Of a DNA stretch of 64,000 nt, positions 46,344-55,323 are shown in pieces; the stretch's first letter is position 1, and each line of letters starts with the position of its first letter. Under the pieces are notes generated by a model that did not search any database, was not told the origin of the DNA, and saw nothing but the letters and a program-made list of their open reading frames with translations. Source of the DNA: Candidatus Melainabacteria bacterium 17Bon1m (GTDB taxonomy: Bacteria; Cyanobacteriota; Vampirovibrionia; Obscuribacterales; Obscuribacteraceae); the NCBI GenBank assembly GCA_032128875.1, contig JAVLKG010000002.1, positions 992,001-1,056,000 of the forward strand, in the 5' to 3' direction. The position numbers and the translations under genes are program-made.

Positions 46344-46736
46344 TTGGAGCGTCTGGCTGAATATAAAGCGCTTGTCGACTACGCGAAGAAAGCCGCTGAC
46401 TCGGCGTACGCTCCGTATTCAAAGATGCCTCAAGGAGCTGCAGTGCTGTCTGTCGACGGACGGATGTACAAAGGTTCGAAAATGGAATGTGCTGCGTATG
46501 GTGGCGCTGTCTGCGCTGAGACTGCGGCACTGACTGCTGCCGTTAGCGAAGGCGTACGCAAGTTCAAAGCCATCGCCATTCATCCTGCCGAGTATCCATG
46601 CGGGTCAACCAGACAAATGCTGGCCGAGTTCGGTATCGATCTGGATGTTGTAACCGAGAATGCAGATGGTCAGCTAAACGTGGTCAACTTGAAAGACCTG
46701 TTGCCATCTCACTTTGGCCCGGACAACTTGAGTTAG
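46344..46736 (+). CDS. cytidine deaminase-like protein with an altered Zn site
   Basis: AYAPYS..GAA, CAE, and PCGSTRQ in place of PCGxCRQ; LLPSHF. Confidence 0.8.
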   Translation: MERLAEYKALVDYAKKAADSAYAPYSKMPQGAAVLSVDGRMYKGSKMECAAYGGAVCAETAALTAAVSEGVRKFKAIAIHPAEYPCGSTRQMLAEFGIDLDVVTENADGQLNVVNLKDLLPSHFGPDNLS

Positions 46737-46742
46737 GTGCGC

Positions 46743-48188
46743 ATGACTACAGCAACGGATCAAACACCACCGACCAACAGTTCTGAAAGTACCGGCGATG
46801 TTGCTGGACTTTGGGGACATCCAAGCGGTCTCACCACGCTATTCTTCACGGAATTGTGGGAACGGTTTAGCTACTATGGTATGCGCGCAATCTTGATGCT
46901 GTATATGGTGGCAGCCGTTGCTGACGGTGGAATGGCCATGGACACAAGAACTGCTGCCACTATCTATGGTGCGTACACTTCCGCTGTGTATGTTACTTCT
47001 ATTCCAGGCGGTCTAATCGCAGATAAGTTTCTTGGTGCCAAAATGTGCATCCTTGTGGGTGGAAGCATTATTGCGCTTGGTCACTTTACGTTGGCGATTC
47101 ACTCGCAGTTCGCTTTCTATGCAGGATTGATCTTGATTATTCTAGGAACAGGCCTGCTCAAGCCGAACATCAGCACATTGTTGGGCAGTCTTTATTCTGC
47201 AGATGATGACCGCCGCGATGGTGGCTTTTCGATTTTCTACATGGGCATTAATATCGGCGCCGCACTATCACCACTGGTTTGTGGATATTTGGCGCAAAGT
47301 GACCAGTTCAAGTCTTTCATTGCTGGTTATGGATTTAAACCATCAGATAGTTGGCACTTCGGATTTGCGGCTGCGGGAATCGGGATGCTTATTGGGCTTG
47401 CGCATTTTCTCTTTCAATACAAGCGTCTAGGCAGTAAGGGGGCAAGACCAATTGGAAAACAAAGCGTTGCTGCAAGTTCCGATTCTAACGAAACAAAACC
47501 AGTCGATGAACCGAGAAAAAACGAAGAAAAGCTTCCTCTGTCAAAGCAGGAATGGAGCCGTTTGGGAGCGATTGCAATTCTGTTTTCGTTCGCTGCCTTC
47601 TTCTGGGCGGTTTATGAACAAGACGGATCAAGTTTGAACTTATTTGCCGATCGACTGACTGATTGTTCTATCGCAGGCTGGAAATTTCCCTCCAGCTGGT
47701 TTCAAACATTGCCAGCGGTTTACTGCATTATTCTCGCGCCGGCTTTCTCTGTACTATGGGTGAAGATGGGACATAGGCAGCCGTCCAGCCCTGCTAAGTT
47801 CGCAATTGGTCTTGCTTTGTTGGGTGCCGGGATCGGTATTATGGTGCCCGCATCACTGCTTGCTGCGCAAGGAAAAGTTGGGCCTATTTGGCTGGTTCTT
47901 TCGTATCTTTTGCAAGTGCTCGGCGAAATGTGTTTGAGTCCGGTTGGACTTTCAACTGTTTCAAAACTCGCACCAGCACGTTTTGCCAGCAGCACAATGG
48001 GTGTCTGGATGCTCGCTACGGCGTGTGGAAACTTCTTGGCTGGCTATCTTGCAGGCTTCTTCGACGAGAACAGCACCAGCACGCTGATATCCATGTTTGG
48101 ATTTATGGGCGGTTTCCTATTCCTAGCCGCTTTCGTTCTCTGGTGTCTGACTCCACTTGTAAAACGGCTTATGAGTGGCATTCGCTAA
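46743..48188 (+). CDS. proton-dependent oligopeptide transporter (POT/PTR, MFS)
   Basis: ELWERFSYYGM (ExxERFxYY), GLLKPNIS, FYMGINIGA. Confidence 0.95.
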   Translation: MTTATDQTPPTNSSESTGDVAGLWGHPSGLTTLFFTELWERFSYYGMRAILMLYMVAAVADGGMAMDTRTAATIYGAYTSAVYVTSIPGGLIADKFLGAKMCILVGGSIIALGHFTLAIHSQFAFYAGLILIILGTGLLKPNISTLLGSLYSADDDRRDGGFSIFYMGINIGAALSPLVCGYLAQSDQFKSFIAGYGFKPSDSWHFGFAAAGIGMLIGLAHFLFQYKRLGSKGARPIGKQSVAASSDSNETKPVDEPRKNEEKLPLSKQEWSRLGAIAILFSFAAFFWAVYEQDGSSLNLFADRLTDCSIAGWKFPSSWFQTLPAVYCIILAPAFSVLWVKMGHRQPSSPAKFAIGLALLGAGIGIMVPASLLAAQGKVGPIWLVLSYLLQVLGEMCLSPVGLSTVSKLAPARFASSTMGVWMLATACGNFLAGYLAGFFDENSTSTLISMFGFMGGFLFLAAFVLWCLTPLVKRLMSGIR

Positions 48189-48227
48189 TTAGTAGTGCCA
48201 CTATATGTGGTGCGTCAAAAAGTGCGC

Positions 48228-48490
48228 ACAAACAAAAAGACCGTCCAGATTGCTCTGCGACGGTTTTCATGCTACTGCCTGACTGCCCTTTGCGTTAGGG
48301 CTCAGTATTTCGATGCGCTTCAGTCAGTCCTTCACGCATTGCGGGCTCGCTTGCTACAGTGTCCGGTCAGCGCCGACCTGTCGTTTCCACAAGGCCCCTC
48401 GGCTCAAAGCGCTCAACATTTAAGTGAGCACTCACCGTTGATGCATTTAGTTTATCGCGTTGACGCATAGCTTCAAGTACCCCACTGAAC
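48228..48490 (-). ncRNA. candidate ~260-nt structured non-coding RNA of unknown family
   Basis: minus strand: TAAAAT -10 upstream, several hairpins including GAAA and GCAA tetraloops, ending in ACCGTC..GACGGT + CTTTTTGTTT terminator. Confidence 0.45.
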
Positions 48491-48778
48491 ATTTTATGGT
48501 TGCATACTTGGCAATAGCGAGATGCTGAGCGGATATAGGACTTCGATTGTCTAATGCGTTAACAAGCGCTCGGCCCTTTTGTGTCCCTTAAAGAGTTCCT
48601 GTTGCGTATGCTTTGTGCCTCTTTTGGATATTTTTCGAATATTTGTTGATTATCTTGCGAGTTCATCATTTCGATTAATAAATGAGACACAACGGGCGTT
48701 TTCTCCGTCCCTGGTGGTTATTGCGGATAAAATAGCGTTTTCCTCGCCCAGTCAAACGTTATAGAGGCAGAACAGTCC

Positions 48779-50362
48779 ATGGGTTACAACGATCTCAGAG
48801 AATTCATCGAAGTGCTAGATCGGCACGGTGAGCTAATAAGAATCGATGCCAAGGTTTCAGCTGATTTGGAAATCGCTGAAATTACCGATCGCGTGAGCAA
48901 ATCCACCGATGGTTCTAACAAAGCGCTCTTGTTCACTAACGTTGATGGCTACGACATGCCAGTTTTGATTAATGCGTTTGGATCGATGAAACGCATGTGC
49001 TTGGCGTTGGAAACTGAAAGTTTGGACGATATCGCCGATCGTATCCGTCATTTGATCAAACCGAAGGTTCCAGAAAATTTCCTTGAAAAGTTGGCTCTCC
49101 TACCCACTCTTATGGATGTGGCCAAGTTTCCGCCTAAACTTTCCGGCGGTGCTGCACCGTGTCAGGAAGTGGTCATTACCGATCCTTCCGAGCCGATGTT
49201 GGACAAGCTGCCCATTATTAAATGCTGGCCGGAAGATGCTGGTCCTTTCGTAACCTTAGGCGTTGTGATCACTCGTGATCCAAAAACCGGCATCCGCAAT
49301 CTTGGAGTTTACCGGCTTCAAAAGTACGGCAACAATCTCACGGGAATGCACTGGCACAAGCATCATGACGGTGCAAAACATTTTGAAGAATCTCGCCGTG
49401 ACTCACGCGGAGAATGGAAAGAAACGTCACGCGGCACAGAGCCGCCCAACTATGGAACGTTTTTTGACGAGAAAGAAGCACAGAAAGCTAGCAATAAACT
49501 AGAAGTAGCTATTGTTCTTGGTGCAGACCCAGCGGTAACTTACGCTGCTACTGCTCCTTTGCCGCCGGATATAGATGAGCTTTTATTTGCGGGATTTTTG
49601 AGACAAAGCCCTGTACGTCTAACCAAATGCAAAACAATAGACCTAGAAGTACCCGCTAATGCGGAGATCGTTATTGAAGGCTATGTAGAACAATCGGAGT
49701 TGAGAGAAGAGGGGCCTTTTGGTGATCACACAGGCTTCTACAGCTTAGCCGGGCTTTTCCCTGTTCTTCACGTAACTGCAGTCACTCACAGAAGAAACCC
49801 TATATATCAAACAACAATAGTAGGTATTCCTCCTCAAGAAGACTGTTATTTAGGCAAAGCTACAGAACGTATATTCCTGCCAATGGTTCAGATGCTTGTT
49901 CCGGAAATCGTAGATATGAATCTTCCGTGGGAAGGTGTCTTCCACAACTGTGTAATTCTCGCGATAGACAAACGCTTTCCTGGCCATGCCAAAAAGGTGA
50001 TGAGCGCTTTGTGGGGATTAGGTCAGCTTATGTTCACCAAGTTCGCCATAGTGCTCGATAAGGACGTGGATGTTCAGAATCTGTCTCAGGTTGCTTTGCA
50101 CGTGTTTGGAAACACAGATCCAAAAAGAGACATGATGTTCGTAGAAGGACCTTTGGACATTTTGGACCACGCCAGCCCCTTGCTGGGCTATGGCAGCAAA
50201 GTTGGCATTGACGCGACCCGAAAGTGGAGAGCAGAGGGCTTTGAGCGGGATTGGCCAAAACCTTTGGAAATGTGCGAAGATGTCAAGAAGGTGGTGTCTA
50301 CCCGGTGGGAGGAGTATGGCATTAGCGCCGTAGCGCGCCCACCTGCGGCTTTTAAGCGTTAA
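48779..50362 (+). CDS. UbiD-family decarboxylase (menaquinone/futalosine-pathway type)
   Basis: YNDLREFI, CWPEDAGPF, NLGVYR, MHWHKHHDG, EGPFGDHTGFY, LDILDHAS, KVGIDAT. Confidence 0.92.
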   Translation: MGYNDLREFIEVLDRHGELIRIDAKVSADLEIAEITDRVSKSTDGSNKALLFTNVDGYDMPVLINAFGSMKRMCLALETESLDDIADRIRHLIKPKVPENFLEKLALLPTLMDVAKFPPKLSGGAAPCQEVVITDPSEPMLDKLPIIKCWPEDAGPFVTLGVVITRDPKTGIRNLGVYRLQKYGNNLTGMHWHKHHDGAKHFEESRRDSRGEWKETSRGTEPPNYGTFFDEKEAQKASNKLEVAIVLGADPAVTYAATAPLPPDIDELLFAGFLRQSPVRLTKCKTIDLEVPANAEIVIEGYVEQSELREEGPFGDHTGFYSLAGLFPVLHVTAVTHRRNPIYQTTIVGIPPQEDCYLGKATERIFLPMVQMLVPEIVDMNLPWEGVFHNCVILAIDKRFPGHAKKVMSALWGLGQLMFTKFAIVLDKDVDVQNLSQVALHVFGNTDPKRDMMFVEGPLDILDHASPLLGYGSKVGIDATRKWRAEGFERDWPKPLEMCEDVKKVVSTRWEEYGISAVARPPAAFKR

Positions 50363-50517
50363 ACACGTTGTAAAGAGATATTTTTTTTCTGAAAACGTGT
50401 TGAAACTCGCTTAATCGTGGCATAAGACCTTTACGGACCCCTAGATTGCACGGGGTCGACAAACCGCTCCACTGAGCGGTGGTCTCATCATACTTATTAC
50501 GCCTGGTGTGGTTCCCT

Positions 50518-51723
50518 ATGAAACACGTTAAGCGCATTAGCGCTTTGTTTTTGTCTGCGTTTTTTGTCGTATCGATGCTGTACCAGCCCGCATCTGGTCA
50601 CAGATCGCAACCGGTGGAAATTTACCACCGCGCCTGGCAGCTCGTAAAAGACAACTACTACGACGCCAACATGTCCGGCAAGAACTGGGGCGACCTCGAA
50701 CACAAGTACGACGGTCAAATCCACACCAATGCTGACGCGTTCCGCTTCATCAAAGCGATGCTCGAAACGCTCAACGACCCGTACACCCGCTTCCTCGATC
50801 CTCGCGCATTCCAGGATGAGAACGACGCTATCGACGCACGCATCGTCGGCATCGGCGTCAATCTCCAACAAAAAGACCAACGCCTCGTCGTCACTCGCAC
50901 AATCGAAGGTGGACCCGCTGAAACAGCTGGTATGAGAGCGAAAGACGAAATCGTTGAAATCGACGGTTCAAATGCAGTAGGTATCACCCCTGAGCAAGCT
51001 GCTGAAAAAATCCGCGGCAAAGCCGGCACCCCTGTCACCATCAGCGTCAAGCGCCTTGATGACACAAAGAAATTCAACATCGTCAGACAAGAAATTGCTA
51101 TCCACGCAGTTTCCACCAAGTTCCTCGAAGGCGGCAAGATCGGGCAAATCACCCTGTCTACATTCATCTCCAACGACGCCTCGAAAGAATTCCGTGCAGC
51201 ACTGGCGAAGACAGCAAACTGCGAAGGCTTGATAGTCGACCTCAGAGACAACCCCGGCGGTTTACTTTCCAACGCCCTTGAAATTGCCGATATGCTCCTC
51301 GAAAAGGGAACTATCGTCAGCACTATCAGCCGTCACGGACGTCATGCAGACGTCGCTTCCGGAGACCCGGTAACCCGTCAACCGATCGTTGTTCTTGTTG
51401 ATGAAGAAAGCGCCAGCGCCAGTGAAATTTTGGCAGGTGCATTGAAAGACAACGGCAGAGCCGCTATCGTCGGTACCCGCACCTACGGCAAGGGGCTTGT
51501 TCAAGAAATCAACCGTTTGCCGGGCGGCGCAGCAATCCACATCACGGTTTCGCGCTACCTCACCCCAGATGGTTCTGATATCAACAAAATTGGTGTCAAA
51601 CCGACGATCGAGTGCAAGTCAGACAGAGACAGCCAAGAGCGCACTGCTATGAACGAACTCAAAGCCAAAATCGCAATGGCTAAAAAGCCGGTCAGAACCA
51701 GCAACCTCAGCTTCAGCAAGTAA
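50518..51723 (+). CDS. ctpA: carboxyl-terminal processing protease (S41, PDZ)
   Basis: signal peptide; LNDPYTRF, PDZ GIG, DLRDNPGG, SASASEI, TYGKG. Confidence 0.93.
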   Translation: MKHVKRISALFLSAFFVVSMLYQPASGHRSQPVEIYHRAWQLVKDNYYDANMSGKNWGDLEHKYDGQIHTNADAFRFIKAMLETLNDPYTRFLDPRAFQDENDAIDARIVGIGVNLQQKDQRLVVTRTIEGGPAETAGMRAKDEIVEIDGSNAVGITPEQAAEKIRGKAGTPVTISVKRLDDTKKFNIVRQEIAIHAVSTKFLEGGKIGQITLSTFISNDASKEFRAALAKTANCEGLIVDLRDNPGGLLSNALEIADMLLEKGTIVSTISRHGRHADVASGDPVTRQPIVVLVDEESASASEILAGALKDNGRAAIVGTRTYGKGLVQEINRLPGGAAIHITVSRYLTPDGSDINKIGVKPTIECKSDRDSQERTAMNELKAKIAMAKKPVRTSNLSFSK

Positions 51724-51750
51724 TTCACCAAGTTTAGAAAGGATGGAACG

Positions 51751-52806
51751 ATGAGACCATCCAATAAAGTGCAACGGAACCGAAGAGCCAATTTGGCTCT
51801 TCTTTCCGCTTTTTTCTGTAGTGGTTTTATCGCGACACCCGGTTATACGTGGCAGAAAAACACACTGCTGATTGCTCAGCAGGGCGCGCCGCAACAGGCT
51901 CCCTATCAGACCCCATATCAGCCGCCGCCACCTCAGTATCAGAATGCACCCCCCATGCAATGGCAGGGACAAACTCCCCAGAGCGCTCCAGCAGCTCAAT
52001 GGAGTGCGCAGCCACCTTCGCAGAATGGACAGTGGGGACCGCCGCAAGGTTCGATGGGACAAGGGGCACCGATAGGACAGGGAGCGCCCATGGGACAAAT
52101 CGTGCCGTCTGGAGCTCCAAATTATTCGAACGGTAATCAGAGTGTGCAGCAACCGCCACCTCAATGGCAAGGTGCTCCTCAGCAAAATATGCAATCACCA
52201 CAAGGATTTGGTCTACAGTCTGGTTATCCTCAAAGCTCACCACCAGCTAATTTCGTAGCGCCCCCCGGCGGCAATACTGGGTATGGTGCGCCTCCTCAGT
52301 ATCAGCAATCACAAGAGCAAAATTGGAATTATCAAAACCAAAATCAGCAGAATATGCAGCCGAGCATGCAGCCAAATCTGCAAGGTCAAGCGCAGCAGTA
52401 TGGTAATTATGCGCCTCCGCAGGCTCAAAGCTCCGTGCCTTCGCCACCGGCAAACGAAGGCTATCCGAGCGTTGAAGAGCTGAATGAAACGTTTCAGCAA
52501 AATCCGGCAAAAAATGTTCAACAACCTTCCACTGCTGAAAAGGTCGGTACTGGATTGTTGAATATGGTCAAAAACTCGATGATGACGCCGTCTTATGGAA
52601 TGGGCGGTATGGGTATGAACGGGTATGGAATGGGCGGTTATCCCATGGGAGGCATGGGAATGCCGATGGGCGGCTATGGCATGCCTTACGGCGCTGCTCC
52701 AATGGGCTACCCGATGATGGGTTCTCCAAGCATGCTGGGAGCCCCAATGGGCGGCAGTATGATGAACAACATTTTGAATAATGGATTACGTAATCTGCGT
52801 TTTTGA
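51751..52806 (+). CDS. secreted low-complexity Q/P/G- and M/G-rich protein, C-terminus LRNLRF
   Basis: signal peptide; Gln/Pro-rich body; GMGG-rich segment. Confidence 0.75.
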   Translation: MRPSNKVQRNRRANLALLSAFFCSGFIATPGYTWQKNTLLIAQQGAPQQAPYQTPYQPPPPQYQNAPPMQWQGQTPQSAPAAQWSAQPPSQNGQWGPPQGSMGQGAPIGQGAPMGQIVPSGAPNYSNGNQSVQQPPPQWQGAPQQNMQSPQGFGLQSGYPQSSPPANFVAPPGGNTGYGAPPQYQQSQEQNWNYQNQNQQNMQPSMQPNLQGQAQQYGNYAPPQAQSSVPSPPANEGYPSVEELNETFQQNPAKNVQQPSTAEKVGTGLLNMVKNSMMTPSYGMGGMGMNGYGMGGYPMGGMGMPMGGYGMPYGAAPMGYPMMGSPSMLGAPMGGSMMNNILNNGLRNLRF

Positions 52807-52922
52807 GCTTTCTGCGTCCTGCTGAAAAACTCCTGAAAGCCGCAGGAATCCTGAAAAGGAACCTTGACAAGTGCTAAAATTAGGTATTAGATACGACTAC
52901 TTACTATATTTGGAGAAGAATC

Positions 52923-54029
52923 ATGATCAGGTCTAGGGATAGGTCTGCTTTCGGCGGCCGAATTCTTGCTGCTATTTCTTGCGGAGTTTTTATAGCTTCT
53001 CCGGTCTTCGCTCAGCAAGGTCTTTCAGACTGGCAGTCATCTGGGGCTTCTTCCACTCCTGATGCAAATTGGAGTTCGACTCCACCAGGAAGTTACTTGC
53101 AGCAGTCCAAAGCTCCCGCAAAGAAATCGACTTCGTCTTCCAAAAATTCTGCTCCTCCACTTAGAACCGACGACTTCTCCAGTGACTTCTCCTCAAAAGG
53201 GCAAGGCTTGTCCGGTTGGCAAGGCGGCAGTAGTGGTGGATCAAGTTCGGGAAGTGCCGGGGGACAAGGGTTGTCCGGCTGGCAGGGCGGCAGTGGTGGT
53301 GGATCAAATTCCGGAAATGTCGGTGGACAGGGGTTGTCCGGTTGGCAGGGCGGCAGTGGTGGTGGAAGTTCCGGAAGTGGTGGACAGAGCCTGTCCGGTT
53401 GGCAAGGCGGTAGCGGCGGCTCGAGTTCCGGAAATGGCGGACAAAGTTTATCTGGCTGGCAAGGCAGTGGAGCCGATATGGGTGGCGGTGCTACTCTCGG
53501 CGATGTTTTGCAACAAGAGCAGTCGATGGGCGGCGCGAACACCCAACTTCAGGGTGGGGTTGAACGCGACCGCATGGTCAATAATGGTGCCAACACTATG
53601 GGTGGTGGCATGGGTGCCGACCCGAATGCAATGGGCGGCAACCAGATGAACAACATGGGTGGCGGTATGCCTAATCCGATGGGCGGTATGGGTGGCGGCA
53701 TGGCCACTCCGAACCCAATGGGCGCCATGGGCGGCATGGGCGGCATGGGCGGTGCGCTCGGTGGCATGGGTGGCGCAGGCGGTCTCATGGATGTTCTTAT
53801 GAACATCATGCCCAAGCATAATGCCCCAGGTACTGTCGGAGCGACCGGAGCCCCTGGTACCAATCAAACGTTCTTCCGCACTAAGTCGCGTAGTCCGAAC
53901 ATGCTGACCGGTGTACCGAAGACCATCAACAGGTCAGTCAACCGCGCCTTGAATCGCAACCTCAATAGAGGCATCAATACTGCTGCAGCACGCGCAACAG
54001 GCTCAGCTCTTCGACATCTGCGTTTCTAA
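52923..54029 (+). CDS. secreted low-complexity G/S- and M/G-rich repeat protein, C-terminus LRHLRF
   Basis: signal peptide (SPVFA); GQxLSGWQGGS repeats; MGG-rich segment. Confidence 0.75.
   Translation: MIRSRDRSAFGGRILAAISCGVFIASPVFAQQGLSDWQSSGASSTPDANWSSTPPGSYLQQSKAPAKKSTSSSKNSAPPLRTDDFSSDFSSKGQGLSGWQGGSSGGSSSGSAGGQGLSGWQGGSGGGSNSGNVGGQGLSGWQGGSGGGSSGSGGQSLSGWQGGSGGSSSGNGGQSLSGWQGSGADMGGGATLGDVLQQEQSMGGANTQLQGGVERDRMVNNGANTMGGGMGADPNAMGGNQMNNMGGGMPNPMGGMGGGMATPNPMGAMGGMGGMGGALGGMGGAGGLMDVLMNIMPKHNAPGTVGATGAPGTNQTFFRTKSRSPNMLTGVPKTINRSVNRALNRNLNRGINTAAARATGSALRHLRF
53199..53471 (+). repeat. five intragenic tandem repeats encoding GQ[G/S]LSGWQG plus a Gly/Ser linker
   Basis: repeated tccggttggcaaggcggcagt-like units at roughly 57-63 nt period. 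Confidence 0.85.
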
Positions 54030-54132
54030 ACCACAGTTGAAATCAGCAACGACGAACGAGTCTACTCTCGTCTCTATTTGCTGTTTACTGCTATTTTTCT
54101 AGTGCGAGTAGATCTGTAGTGCGAGCGAATGT

Positions 54133-55320
54133 CTAGTGCTTAAGCGGTTCTTTGCCAATTGACTTTCTAATCATGTTGGCGATCTGATAGATCGAATCCA
54201 TCGTGTCGTTAAAATCCGCTGTGTGCTTTGCACGCAAGGAATTCGGCAATAGCAAAAGAGCATCGCCAAATTTGCCTTGGAAAATGTAGATGGTGATTAG
54301 CTTGTCTATCAGCAAATTTTCGAGTCGCATTTCACGCGAGCTCAAACTCTCGATCATGCGAAGTCCACGTTTTACGTAAGGTTCGGCTTCAGCGAACTGA
54401 TAGTCTTTCAGATAAGTCAGGCCCAAACCAAGAACTGAGTCCAATTTGAATACAGTGTCCTCCGGATAGGCACGATCGCAAATATCCAGAGCTTCGCTAT
54501 AAAGTTTGGTGGCTTCTTCCGAACCTCGCAAAATAAGGGCGCAAGCGGCCAGCCTATTAAGCACGGAAATCCTGGCTGGGTGCTCTTCTGGAAGGGCCGG
54601 AGCCAAGATGTCTCTGACTCTGCGCCAGTTTTTCTCAGCCTCTATTGGTCTCTTTCTTTCAAACTGTTGTTCTGCTAGCAGGTCGAGAGAAACTCCAACT
54701 TCTGGATGGTCTTTCCCTAAATGTCTTTGCAGGATGTCTACCGACTCATTCAGCAATGGCTCTGAGAGCGAGACTTTACCTTCTTTCTGGCGAAGGATCG
54801 CCGTATGCCTGAGCGAAATTGCATAGTCTTTGTGCATTTTGCCGGGCTTTCTACGTCTGATTCCCATAGATTTGACGAGGCTCTTTTCGGCTTCTTTGGG
54901 ATGACCGCAGCTCAAATGCACCAGACCCAGGTCATCATAAGCATCAGCAGCTTCTGGACTATCAACTCCGCAAGCCTGGCAACGCAGTTTGGTAGCTTCT
55001 TCGACCAGTGCTTCTGCCTCATTAGTGTCGCCGTTGGCAGCAAGAGATAATGCGAGTGCCGACATAGCTTCTGCTGTCTTTTCGTTGTTTTCCCCAAAGA
55101 CTTTCTTCGAGATCTCGACGGATGTCCTCAAGTAATCAATTGCTTTTTCGATATTGTGGAGCCTGTCTTGCAGTCGTCCAAGCTTAAGCAGCGTCAGTGC
55201 GCGCTCCGCGGAATTTTCAGGCAAACCGGAAAGCACCCGAGAGCATTCGGCGGCAGCTTCCTGGTATTTCCCCTGGGCATACAGGTCATCCACTTTAGAA
55301 AGTTGCTCACTCTTTGCCAT
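54133..55320 (-). CDS. TPR protein (kinesin-light-chain-like 42-aa repeats)
   Basis: repeats such as LQRHLGKDHPEVGVSLDLLA and KKVFGENNEKTAEAMSALA. Confidence 0.85.
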   Translation of the reverse strand: MAKSEQLSKVDDLYAQGKYQEAAAECSRVLSGLPENSAERALTLLKLGRLQDRLHNIEKAIDYLRTSVEISKKVFGENNEKTAEAMSALALSLAANGDTNEAEALVEEATKLRCQACGVDSPEAADAYDDLGLVHLSCGHPKEAEKSLVKSMGIRRRKPGKMHKDYAISLRHTAILRQKEGKVSLSEPLLNESVDILQRHLGKDHPEVGVSLDLLAEQQFERKRPIEAEKNWRRVRDILAPALPEEHPARISVLNRLAACALILRGSEEATKLYSEALDICDRAYPEDTVFKLDSVLGLGLTYLKDYQFAEAEPYVKRGLRMIESLSSREMRLENLLIDKLITIYIFQGKFGDALLLLPNSLRAKHTADFNDTMDSIYQIANMIRKSIGKEPLKH

Positions 55321-55323
55321 CTA

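Noticed and set aside
48195-48470. 91-aa plus-strand ORF
   Set aside because: No RBS or recognisable motif; the region is better explained by a structured RNA on the opposite strand.
48228-48490. tmRNA, SRP RNA, RNase P RNA, cobalamin or c-di-GMP riboswitch, group II intron domain V
   Set aside because: Hallmark sequences were not found or matched only in fragments, and there is no downstream same-strand gene for a riboswitch.
53199-53471. CRISPR array
   Set aside because: The repeats are in-frame, degenerate at codon third positions, have Gly/Ser-coding linkers instead of unique spacers, and no cas genes are present.
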